NCBI RefSeq assembly: GCF_037042905.1
Contig: NC_087255.1
Span: 34,720,001-34,784,000, forward strand
Direction: 5' to 3'
Length of the DNA stretch: 64,000 nt
DNA from: Lytechinus pictus
Lineage: Eukaryota
This document shows, one piece after another, positions 11,785 to 22,380 of the stretch (position 1 is its first letter; each line of letters begins with the position of its first letter). The notes below the pieces were generated by a model. It had not been told where the DNA came from. It did no database searches and worked only from the letters and a program-made list of their open reading frames with translations. The position numbers were made by a program, and so were the translations under genes.

Positions 11785-14452
11785 GAAAAAAATAAAAAAA
11801 TCCCTTGAGAAAAATTAAAATAAAAATTAGCAACAGACCCATCTTTAATGAAACGAATTAAAGTTAATTTATTTTGTTTGAAAGATACTATGCGTAGTTT
11901 CCTTTAAGAGAACGTATCTTGACCTCGACATTAATAACCATGATATAAGATATAACTAAAAGTACAAAAGAACAGTTGTTTTATTAAATCCAGGTGAGTT
12001 TAAAGTGTAATTTTTTCATTCTTCCTTTCTAAGAATGTGGAGAAAAAATAGTTTTTTTATATTTTTTTTACTAATGTGTAAATCAATTCCCCTATTTATA
12101 CAGCAGTACATAGAACGCCGGTTTCTCTTCTTTGCAATTTGTAAGTTCCTGGAGGGAAACATTTGAACAAAAATTACTGTATATCTTAAAAATACATAGA
12201 AGATGAATTTTAGATTCTTCAGCAAATCTTATTGAATTATGTTTTTTTGAACATGTTGAATTCCGAATTTTCTTCTCTGTCTGAATGAAAAAAAGTATCT
12301 GGTAAAAGAAAACGTTTAAAAAAAGTGTGACATATTTCAGCATCGATCATAAGAATTCGAAGATTCTCCGTCCAATCCGGTACTTTGTTTTAATTCATAA
12401 GACATATTATTTGCATAGCTACGGATACGATATTTTATCCCTAGTAAAGCAAAATTATGAAACAGTTTTGATTAGAGAAAAAAGTTGATTAATTTTTTTT
12501 CTCAGTAAACAGTGTTCCAGACCCTTGCCGAAGAAATCAAAAGCAGTTAAAATAAATCTCAAACTAGGAATGGTACAATCCCCCAATTCAAAGTATTTTG
12601 GCAATATTAAACGCTTAATCCGATTTTTTTATTTACTAATTATTTTTTTAAAAAGTTACTTCGTTCATTCGTCAAAGTAAAATGTGTAAATATATTATCT
12701 TAATAATTTTACAATGAGATACATAAACGAATATATATTTAGATTTGTATTATTTGAGCTGTAGTGATTGTTGAAATAGATTTGAGAAAGGCCTGAAAAC
12801 TTGTATTTTCTGATATTAATCATTCGTTCATGTTTTTCTCCCCATCATATCTGTCGCATCGAAAACCGGGCAATACATAAGGCAATTCAAAATTTATAAT
12901 ATTAAATTAAATCCCAACACGATACTTTTAAAGATATTCCTTTACAAATTTTGGAAGTTATATTTTCCCTTTTTAATCTTTCAAGGAACAACTCGGTTTT
13001 GATTGGTGTTGATTAACACGATATCCCAACTGTTTTTTAAACAACTGTCTTTGTAAGTAAGGACTCTGTAGTGCTCTATATAGTATTAACAAGTAATATA
13101 TAAGATGAATATTGGTAATACACTTCGAAAGTTTTCTCCTAATAAGTTTAAATCTACTGGTGATGGTAACATTTAAAGGGAAGGTGATCTATATAGTTAT
13201 AACTCCATCTACGTCTTCTTCGGAAAACTGATGGTTGAACGAGAAGAGTAAGGCGTACACGAGTAACGCACGTAGGTGTGTCAGAATGAGTGGGGCGTTC
13301 GAATAAAATAAGTAAATATGGATCCCGGGATATGGATGGTATAGATAGGAGCCCATACATAACTGTATAGTATTGGCATGATACTTGAAGTTCCATGCAA
13401 TTACAATACGATGTCTGTCTTGTATCATTTGGGAAATTGAAATACCAAACATGTACATGAGCTAATGATGTTCATATTTTCTCCAAGATAGTTTGGTATT
13501 GTACACTATTGCACTTAAGCTAAGAGAACACCCTTGTGTATTAAAATAGCAGTGCTGATTTATGTAAATACGTTAAAATCAAAGTTTTATTTGCCGCGAG
13601 AGGACAAAGTAAAATTGTTTACAATAAATTACTTCAATATCAAGGATAGAAAGGTGTTAAATGATTACCCTTGTCTGTGCTTTTTCTTAATGTCAGGAAC
13701 ATAATGTCAAATAATAGTATAAAAGTGGATAAGACTAATTTACCTTAATCTTAATTTACCTTACTGCAAATACATGTTGAAGTAACGAGAGTCTTTGATC
13801 AGAAAGACATTTTTGATTGCAAACACGATTGTAACAATACAGATATTGTTGGTATCAATGCGTTATAAATTGATTACAGTAACCACTCCGATAGCTAAGT
13901 AACGGTTACGACAATGACAAGGAGAATGTCTCTGTTTTAAAAGCATGCTTACTGTGAAATTGTTCAGGAATCAGGATTGTCTATTTTTCCATAATTGATT
14001 GCTTCATGTTCGGGTATAGTTTGGGGATTGTGGAAAGGAGAGCTAGGAGGGGAAAAGGACATGGAAAATGTAACCAAAACATTACACAGTACTAAAAGGT
14101 GATTTGGAAAAGCCAAATGTCTCACTTGCATATGACCACAACTACTTTAGAAATAATAACTTTTAATATCTGTCACTTTGAATGTTTCTGGTTGTCACAT
14201 GTGGTGATTGAAATTATGTGCTTGATTTCTATTGAAGAAAAAAATGGCACTTCCAAATATTACGAATATAATAATTTCGTCATTAGTAATAATGATATGG
14301 ATGTATATGTTTATAAAGATAAAGCATACGACCAATACATTTGAGATATATCGGGAGTTTTCCACCTAATTTGGGGGTAAATATTTATATTACTTTGGAA
14401 ATTGTTTTTGCAAATTATGATAGTTGATTAAAAGATTGAAGTTTACTTTGGT

Positions 14453-14808
14453 GGTTCTATGACTATATTCATTGTGAAGTAATCGAAAGGGAGAGGGTTT
14501 GAGAGAGAGAGAGAGGGAGAGAGAGAGAGATAGAGAGAGAGGGAGAGAGAGAGAGAGAGAGGGGGGGGGGGTTCTATGACTATATTCATTGTGAAGTAAT
14601 CGAAAGAGAGAGGGTTTGAGATAGAGGGAGAGGGAGAGAGAGAGAGAGAGAGAGGGAGAAAGAGAGAGAGAGAGAGAGAGGGAGGGGGAGAGAGAGAGAG
14701 AGAGAGGGGGGGTTCTATGACTATATTCATTGTGAAGTAATCGAAAGAGAGAGGGTTTGAGATAGAGGGAGAGAGAGAGAGAGAGAGAGAGAGAAAGGGG
14801 GGGGGGGG
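14453..14808. repeat. Three-unit compound minisatellite: ~50-bp unique core plus variable (GA)n/poly-G
   Basis: ggttctatgactatattcattgtgaagtaatcgaaag.gagagggtttgaga at 14453, 14570 and 14711. Confidence 0.95.
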
Positions 14809-15022
14809 TGGTTAGGACGTGGTTATCTTATTCGTGCATCATAATTTCTATTCCATCTTCCAATGGTAATATATTTAAAAAAATACTCCCTCTTGTATAT
14901 TATCTTTTTTTTGACAAAAACAATTAATAGTATTATTATGATCACAGTTATTATTACTATTATATTATTATTATTACTGTTTTTTATCAGTGCTACCGCC
15001 GGTAGCAGACGTTCAACAGGTA

Positions 15023-15064
<42 letters not shown>

Positions 15065-15065
<1 letters not shown>

Positions 15066-15225
15066 TACAGGAGGGTCATTATGGATCTTCCATGGAAATT
15101 AGATACTGCCATCTAGATTCTTAATAACGTATGATTATGGCTTTTCGTAACATTTGAAAGTGTGAAATTAATACCTTTTAATGAAGTTCATGGGACACAT
15201 GAATCTATTCTTAGGTACCGAATCG
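15065..15225 (+). repeat. Diverged direct repeat, copy 1 (copy 2 at ~21169-21340)
   Basis: atacaggagggtcattatggatcttccatggaaattagatactgcc versus atacaggagggtcatcatggatcttccacggaaatcaaatactgcc, with similarity continuing ~100 bp further. Confidence 0.85.
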
Positions 15226-15624
15226 TTGGATCGTTGAAAAATAGGAGATCATCACTGATGCCAAAAAAGTCGCTCGAAGCTTCAATACCTTATTTATTCA
15301 ATCATTAAAGATAAAAAACAGAAAAGCAACATGATAATGTACAATGCCTTGACACAGACAATTTATCAGTTATCTTCAGTAAACGTCAGATCAGAAATCA
15401 TTATTTCCTTCTTGAAATATAAATGTAAATATTCATCAGTAAAGAGTCGATGATGTAAACAAAATTAATACTTAAGACCTAATTGATAAAAATCTGACGG
15501 TTTATCCACATATCTTTAAGACGTCTTTAAGAGAAACTAAAAATGAACTGCATTTGCATACGTATAAGCATTAGGTCCTAGAGAAGTACTTGCCAACTAA
15601 AGCTTTATAAAAAAGTTAATTCTG

Positions 15625-17080
15625 TGTAACGATACTGCAACTAATAATTAAACCAATGATCAAAATGATTTTAGTAATAAAGTATATTCTTCTTTCTTAT
15701 TCATTTACATAAAACAGGTAACAAAGTATTAAAACCAAAATAAATGAATTATCTTACATATCTTGAAGATTCAGTTCTGAGTTATTCCAAATGATAGTAT
15801 CCAAGTTGGCTGGCATTGGTTCCAGAAATTAAAGTCCACAATGTTGGCGATGATGAAATTGATGTTGAAACACGATGAATAATAAGGGTCACTGTAACGA
15901 GTTGAAAATTAATGTCTGTGAAGATGAAGTTGATGATGATTAACAGTTGATTTCAGCAATCCATGGGTTGAAACATGTTCTCTAGAACAGGGTGATGATC
16001 TCGATGATAAATGAAAATTCCTTTCTCAAAACTGCAAACCGTCAATTTATGGTGTGCAAATAATTCCACAGAAGATAAATGTTGTATTCCAGTCGGAAAT
16101 AAACTATGCTCTGACATAAAGTCTGGTGTGAAACTTTGAGTTCTGATCTGATATGATGGTGTCCTTGAAGAAACTGCCAGCTTATATTAATATCCCCTAT
16201 CCTAGAAGCTTCTAGTATTGTCTTTGAAAATAACATTCTCCTTCATTCTAGAGCAATCCTAATTCTAGAAGACTCTTGAATGACCTTAGTGAAATTAACA
16301 AATTAAAAACCATACCTAATCCTATTGTACCTTTTCCCTGCTAGCAATATATATTGTCTAGCAGTCTCTACTGTCTATTCTTATTATGCAATGAATTTCC
16401 TTAGAGAAACAAATAACTAAATGAATGATTGTACATGTAATTTCTCTTACAATAATACATAACAACTCCCACTTAATTTATAAGAAAGACTTATTAAAAC
16501 TTGTAATCTTTAATTGAAACTAAATAGACATCCTTCCTAGCTTACGGTTGCACCCACTCCGAGTACCAATGTAACCTTCATACACTCTTCAATCTACCTG
16601 ACCTAAGCTCAATACAACGGACAGAACGCATTGAGTACAGGTCAATTCTACCAAACTTATAAAGACTTTCTAGAACCGTGTCAAAATTACTCAAAATACC
16701 ATCGTAAAACTTTTATGTGCTTTATGAAAAATATCTAACCGATCTATGCGAGGATTAAACTGTAAACAAACGTCACTAATATCATGAAGTCAGGCCAATA
16801 TCCAAGCGATTCTCGCCTGTGACGTCATTAAGCTACTAAATTCAAGTTTTGTTAAAATTCCATTATTCATAATCATATGACTCTAAAATTTTCCTGAATT
16901 AATCATATATCTATCAAGCGCATGTCTTTGTCACTTTCAAATATTCTATTAAAACCTCACACTTCCGACTAACTAACACTGCCTAATGGAGTGTGCATCG
17001 CTATTCATGTTCATTTCACATCCGCTTTCTGTACATTACACATACCTATGTTAGTTACGCATACTGTGAGCGTTCATTAC
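15625..17080. mobile_element. Possible solo LTR
   Basis: Begins TGTAAC and ends ATTACA (TG..CA with 5-bp inverted match). No TSD seen and no coding remnant recognised. Confidence 0.3.
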
Positions 17081-17161
17081 AAGCCGCAGGTGTTTATTAA
17101 AGTTCAAATATAAATTATAGTCAGGTGCCTTAGTCCCATAATTTGAAGTTTTGGGGACAAA

Positions 17162-17580
17162 TACCGTGTTTACACTTAATCGGCTTTTGGTTCAGAACCA
17201 AAAGCCGATGCAGAATCGGCTTTTGGTTTGCGTTTACACGTTGTTACAGCTCGCGGTTCAGAACCGCGAGCCGATGCAAAAACCTGAAATGATACGCACA
17301 CCAACAATATACGTCATAATAAAGACAACGCTGGATCAGTGCGCTTACAATTACGTCACAATGGTAAAGTAAATGAAATGCGCACAAATTGCCGATGCAG
17401 AATCGGCTTTCTGTGCACGTAGTAAAAAATCCGATTCTGCTTCGGCTCGCGGTTCTGAACCTACTACTTTGGTGGTGCAAATTGCCGGTTCTGAACTGCG
17501 AGCCGATGCAAGTTACTCGCATTTACACGCTATGAAAAAGCCGATGTTGATTCAAAAGCCGATTAAGTGTCAACACGGTA
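17162..17580 (+). mobile_element. Harbinger-type MITE, copy 1 of an inverted pair
   Basis: TIR taccgtgtttacacttaatcggc / gccgattaagtgtcaacacggta, with internal palindromes gctcgcggttcWgaaccgcgagc. Confidence 0.85.
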
Positions 17581-17592
17581 AGAGTTTACTAA

Positions 17593-18043
17593 TACCGTGT
17601 TTACACTTAATCGGCATTTGAATCGGCTCGCGGTTCTGAACCGCGAGCCGATTCAGCATCGGCTTTTTCATAGCGTGTAAACGCGAGCAACTTGAATCGG
17701 CTCGCGGTTCAGAACCGGCAATTTGCACCACCAAAGTAGTAGGTTCTGAACCGCGAGCCGATGCAGAATCGGCTTTTTTACTACGTGTAAACAGAAAGCC
17801 GATTCTGCACCGGCAATTTGTGCGCATTTCAATTACTTTACCATTGTGACGTAATTGTAAGCGCACGGATCCAGCGTTGTCTTTATTATGACGTATATTG
17901 TTGGTGTGCGTATCATTTTAGGTTTTTGCATCGGCTCGCGGTTCTGAACCGCGAGCTGTAACAACGTGTAAACGCAATCCAAATGCCGATTCTGCATCGG
18001 CATTTGGTTCAGAACCAAATGCCGATTAAGTGTAAACACGGTA
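17593..18043 (-). mobile_element. Harbinger-type MITE, copy 2 of the inverted pair
   Basis: Same TIRs, flanked by taa / tta. Internal sequence is the reverse complement of copy 1 plus one extra ~30-bp palindrome. Confidence 0.85.
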
Positions 18044-18558
18044 TTAAGCACCAAACTTTCCCTATGTCACTATTAGGTCAATAGCTTCATTTTTTCCCAC
18101 AGAACATGGTGTTGAAAATTGCGTCTTCATGCAAAAATATGCTTATTTATTTAAATTAGCAGTAATTTATGCATGAGGCCATATGCCAATAGGAATTAAT
18201 AAATAAAATTCAATAAAAAGATACCAAACCTTAGGAAAGTCTCTATCAGGTCAATAGCTTTAAATTTCCCTTGGTTTTGAAAATTGTGTCTTCATGCAAA
18301 AATATGCTAATTTATGTAAATTAGCAGTTAATTTATGCATGAATAGTAAAAATTAGTAAAAAGGAATAAAAAGAAACCAAACTTTAGGAAAATCTCTATC
18401 AGATCGATAGCTTTAATTTTCCCTATCAAATGTGCAATTGAAAATCCTGTCTTCATGCAAAATATGCTAATTTAAATCAATTAGTAATTATTTAAAATAT
18501 TTGTAGACCAAGATATAATTCAAGCAGCAAGCAACGAGTCTGATCGAGGCTACACTTC

Positions 18559-19131
18559 AACCAGGGTTACACGAGAACCGAATTCATCCTCATACATTTG
18601 GACTGATTTTGCCCGAATATGGCCTGATTCGGATGAATTAGGGGAGTCTCCCAAATAGAGAAGAATGGGTCCGGAATAGGTCCCAATTCAGCGCAGAATC
18701 ACTAAGAATTGACCAAATCAATTTTGGCCATCCTCCAAGAAGCAGAATGCCAACACGAATAGTGGCAAGAATCGACCCAAACGAATGCGCCGAGCTCGGA
18801 CGGTTCGGGACCGTTATGCCCAGAATGATACAAATAGGTCCGAATCTGCCCAGAAAACTCCAAATGCCTCCCCTAATCCAACCGAATGTCATGCGAATAC
18901 ATCCCAAATGTAGCCCGATTGAAATTTGTTATGGTCACATTCGGGAGTATTCTGGAGGGTATCGGGCTGGTTTTTAACATTTTAAAATGAGCTGAATTTC
19001 TCAGCGAATGTTCCCGAATACCTCCCAATTTTCTTGCATTTGCGAAGGTAAAACAAAATATTCCTGAAACCACCCCAATACGTGTATTTGGATGGATTCG
19101 CAGCTGATTCGGTTCCGTTCTAACCCTAGCT
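18559..19131 (+). mobile_element. Harbinger-type MITE (degenerate TIRs)
   Basis: agggttacacgagaaccgaat / attcggttccgttctaaccctagct, followed by TTA. Confidence 0.65.
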
Positions 19132-19134
19132 TTA

Positions 19135-19583
19135 AGCAAAGGTTACACCAAAACCAAATTCTCCAGAACAAATACGGACCAATTCTGCCCAAAATGGCCT
19201 GGATTCGGTACTTATTCATCTCCGATTCGGGGAGCTCCCGGAATCCATTCGGGAGGATTCGGGACTATTCTGTTCTCCCTCCCCGAATATGAGAACGTTC
19301 AGGAGGTGTTCAGGAACATTTGAGGGATTCTGCTCGTTTTGAAATGTTTAAAATCAGCCGAATATCATCCAACTACTCCCGAATGTGGCCACGACAAATT
19401 TCGTTCGAGTCACATTTGGGATGTATTCGGAAGGAATTCGGTTGGATTTTGGAAAGCATTTGGACAACTTTGGAAAGTCAATTCTTGGCATAATTCTCCG
19501 ATTTGGGACCTATTCCGAGCCGATTCGACTCTAATTCGGTCTGAAATTATTTGGGAGAATTTGGTTTTGGTGTAACTCTTGCT
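19135..19583 (-). mobile_element. Harbinger-type MITE related to 18559-19131, inverted and abutting it
   Basis: TIR agcaaaggttacaccaaaaccaaattctcc / ggagaatttggttttggtgtaactcttgct with TTA TSD (19132-19134, 19584-19586). 19325-19440 is the diverged reverse complement of 18880-19000. Confidence 0.85.
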
Positions 19584-21168
19584 TTAGCGACAGAGATCAA
19601 TTCATGAGCCAATAAATAAAAATCACTAAAATGATTCAAGTCACCGTCAACCAAGGGACGACAGAAACAGAAGGAACAGGGTCATTTGTTCAATATGATG
19701 TGTCCATGTTCTCAAAAATGACAAAGTTGTGCATCACGTCAGAGGGACAGACATGGACACTTTTTTCCGATATGAGAACCATCCATATACCCTCCTTCTC
19801 TTTCTGACGGGAAAACTCTACCTGGGAAAGAAATCTGACCTTTTGAATTGCTTTGAAAAAAAAAAAATAATGGTTTATTTTTTCAATTTTTTGTTGTTGT
19901 GAAAGGGGTATGAACAGTATTTATATATTTGCATAAATTTGCATTTTAAACATGATACACTCCTCTGGTCGTATTGAAAGTCACCAAAATGAATGAATTG
20001 TGTAACAGTGTATCATTGTACATGGTGACAATTTTATGCTGGTCCCTCGATTCTAAACCCGAAAATATGATATCTCATATGTTTTACACAAATTCGCCAA
20101 AAAAATTGAAAAAATTTGCATTAATTAACATAAAAGATTGATTCTCATTCCGCAATTTTATAGAAATTAATCTAGATTTGATGCCCCATCAAAATAAATC
20201 CAAATACAAAAAAAAGAAAGAAATAGGCTTCTAGAAAAGTTTAGGTCTGTAATATACATATACAGTAAATGACGGTAAACAGTGTGAATTGTGTGATTTT
20301 GCATAAATTTGCATAAAATAGCACTATGATATAGAATTCCAGTAACTAATATCGAGTCTTCCTTTTAAAAATTAATTATTTTGGTACCAGTGACACATGT
20401 AGAAAAATAATTGTGATTTTGACAATTTTATATGCCGAGATATGTTAAAATACGTGTTTTTATATATAATTTGCATAAAATTTGCATAAGTTAACATTCA
20501 AATTGATTCATACTCACCAATTTTATAAATAATCGACCTACAATTGAATATTTAGTAAAATAACACCCAAATGCAAAAAAAATTGGCCTTTGAAAATTAT
20601 TCAAAGTGAGATATGGTGAATTTTGTGTATTTTGCATAAAATTTGCATAAATTAGAACTTTAAAATAGGGTGCCCTTCACCAATTTCGGGGCACCCTATC
20701 TAGAATTAAAGCTTTTGATACCAGGGGCCCACATGCAATAAATGGCGCTTTTGTAAATTCTGTCCCCAAAATTTTGCTAAGGCCCCTGATTATATATACG
20801 GTATCTTAAATGTACCTTTTCTCATTACTGTTCGAAAAATAAAAATTATATCTTAGAACCTGTACAAAATATTGTATCTTAAAAATAATCGAACTTACTT
20901 CCTTGGTGGTCTTTCCAAGCCACATTGACACAAAATAAGAGACTTGTCCTTCAAAGTTCAGTTCTTGACAAAAATAAAAGTCTGCGATTTGCATAATAAT
21001 GAACAGAATCGGCAAAGATAAACAAAGATTTCACTGTGGAACGAATATGATAAAGTAGCAAATACAAGGAATATAAAATTATTTGAATTAATAATTTCAA
21101 GGTTTGTCCTGCAATCAAAATAATAATATGTTTTTTTTTGTTATTTCTAAGTGTACAAAATGAAAAAT

Positions 21169-21340
21169 ATACAGGAGGGTCATCATGGATCTTCCACGGA
21201 AATCAAATACTGCCCTCTCGAGTTTGAATAAAGCTTAATTATGCCTTTTCACAATATTTGAAAGTATAAAATGAATGTATAGCTTTTAGTGAGACGTTAG
21301 TAACCCATGGGGCTCTTTGATTCTTTGGTCGCAAATCAGG
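21169..21340 (+). repeat. Diverged direct repeat, copy 2 (copy 1 at ~15065-15225)
   Basis: Same alignment as for 15065-15225. Confidence 0.85.
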
Positions 21341-21535
21341 TTCTCAATCAGTTAGATTAATCAATTATCTTTTATCTTTTCTAACGATATCTATTGACAT
21401 TAAAATCATATTTTGTATTTAAATTTTCAAAAGATCATCGACCAAAGACAAAAGAAAAGAAGAAAGAGTGATGAAGCCTGTTTGAGGGGGAACTACAAAA
21501 TAAAAACGTTCAAAGATGAAGATCATTTGAACAAT

Positions 21536-21576
<41 letters not shown>

Positions 21577-21663
21577 GGCTTGTCATTGTTCAAAACCCAC
21601 CTACACCCGACAAAGGAAATTATAATTGGTCAATCGGATCGGGGTCGCCCTAGCCACTAACCC

Positions 21664-21734
21664 GTCTATGTGGCTAGTGGTTAAGGCACCGGCGTTCAAA
21701 GCTGGGGGCCCGGGTTCGATTCCCGGCAGAGACA
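21664..21734 (+). tRNA. tRNA-like gene/pseudogene, Glu-like body, anticodon TCA (copy 1)
   Basis: A box tggctagtgg, B box ggttcgattcc, anticodon arm ccggc-gtTCAaa-gctgg, T arm ccggg/cccgg, followed by T6. One acceptor-stem mismatch and a 1-nt D-arm deletion. Confidence 0.6.
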
Positions 21735-22071
21735 TTTTTTCGGCATTACCAATTTTTCCAAAAAGGGCAGATAGCACTGGGGAACCTTGATTTAAGCTAC
21801 GCCTACCATTGTTCTCTTCATCCATTTCTTTCAAAAAATATTAAAATAAGGGTTGCCAAAGCTGTTGTACATGTATAATTTCACACATTGGTATACTTTC
21901 TCCCATACGTGTACTGTATCAAAGCAATAGCTTTGATCCAGCTGAGGCATGGCGGCTTGTCATTGTTAAAAAACCCACCTACACCCGACAAAGGAAATTA
22001 TAATTGGTATAGTGTCGAAAATCTGTCTATCTGACGGTCAATCGGATCGGGGTCGCCCTAGCCACTAACCC

Positions 22072-22142
22072 GTCTCTGTGGTCTAGTGGTTAAGGCAACG
22101 GCGTTCAAAGCTGGGGCCCGGGTTCGATTCCTGGCAGAGACA
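22072..22142 (+). tRNA. tRNA-like gene/pseudogene, Glu-like body, anticodon TCA (copy 2)
   Basis: Perfect 7-bp acceptor stem gtctctg/cagagac, D stem gtct/aggc, B box and T6 terminator. One anticodon-stem mismatch and a 3-nt variable loop. Confidence 0.6.
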
Positions 22143-22289
22143 TTTTTTCGGCATTGCCAATTTTTCCAAAGGGTAGATAGCTCTGGGGAACCTTGATTTA
22201 AGCTACGCCTGCTATTGTTCTCTTCATCCATTTCTTTCACAAAATATTTAAATAAAAGAGTTGCCAAAGCAGCTGTACATGTATAATTT

Positions 22290-22320
<31 letters not shown>

Positions 22321-22339
22321 GCGTGTGTGGGAGGTTGTG

Positions 22340-22380
<41 letters not shown>

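Larger units (their letters stand above)
17118..20792. mobile_element. 3.7-kb non-autonomous DNA transposon with Academ-like TAG termini, carrying four nested MITEs
   Basis: Left end tagtcaggtgccttag...ttttggggaca matches right end tgtccccaaaa...ctaaggcccctgatta. Three ~170-bp subterminal direct repeats at 18050-18490 and many ttgcataaa(a)tttgcat motifs at 19920-20660. TSD imperfect. Confidence 0.6.
21572..22295 (+). mobile_element. Tandem (2-unit) tRNA-carrying TRIM-like repeat embedded in (TA)n
   Basis: Units start at 21572 and 21949 and are highly similar. Putative LTR 22013-22293 (TGTCGAAAAT...ATTTCACA). First unit's end is followed by ttggtat (PBS-like). (TA)n on both flanks. Confidence 0.6.

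Noticed and set aside
14453-14808. Repeat-spacer pattern resembling a CRISPR array
   Set aside because: Eukaryotic context, the 'spacers' are (GA)n microsatellite, and there are no cas genes.
15106-15118. CTCF-like core TGCCATCTAG (also at 3895)
   Set aside because: Lacks the following TGG/CGG of the consensus, so the match is too weak.
17151-19575. Paired similar ORFs on opposite strands (e.g. 17151..17372 and 17833..18054)
   Set aside because: Explained by inverted MITE copies.
21664-22142. Selenocysteine tRNA genes
   Set aside because: UCA anticodon but standard 7/5 stems and a short variable loop. tRNA-Sec needs a long variable arm and an extended acceptor-T helix.
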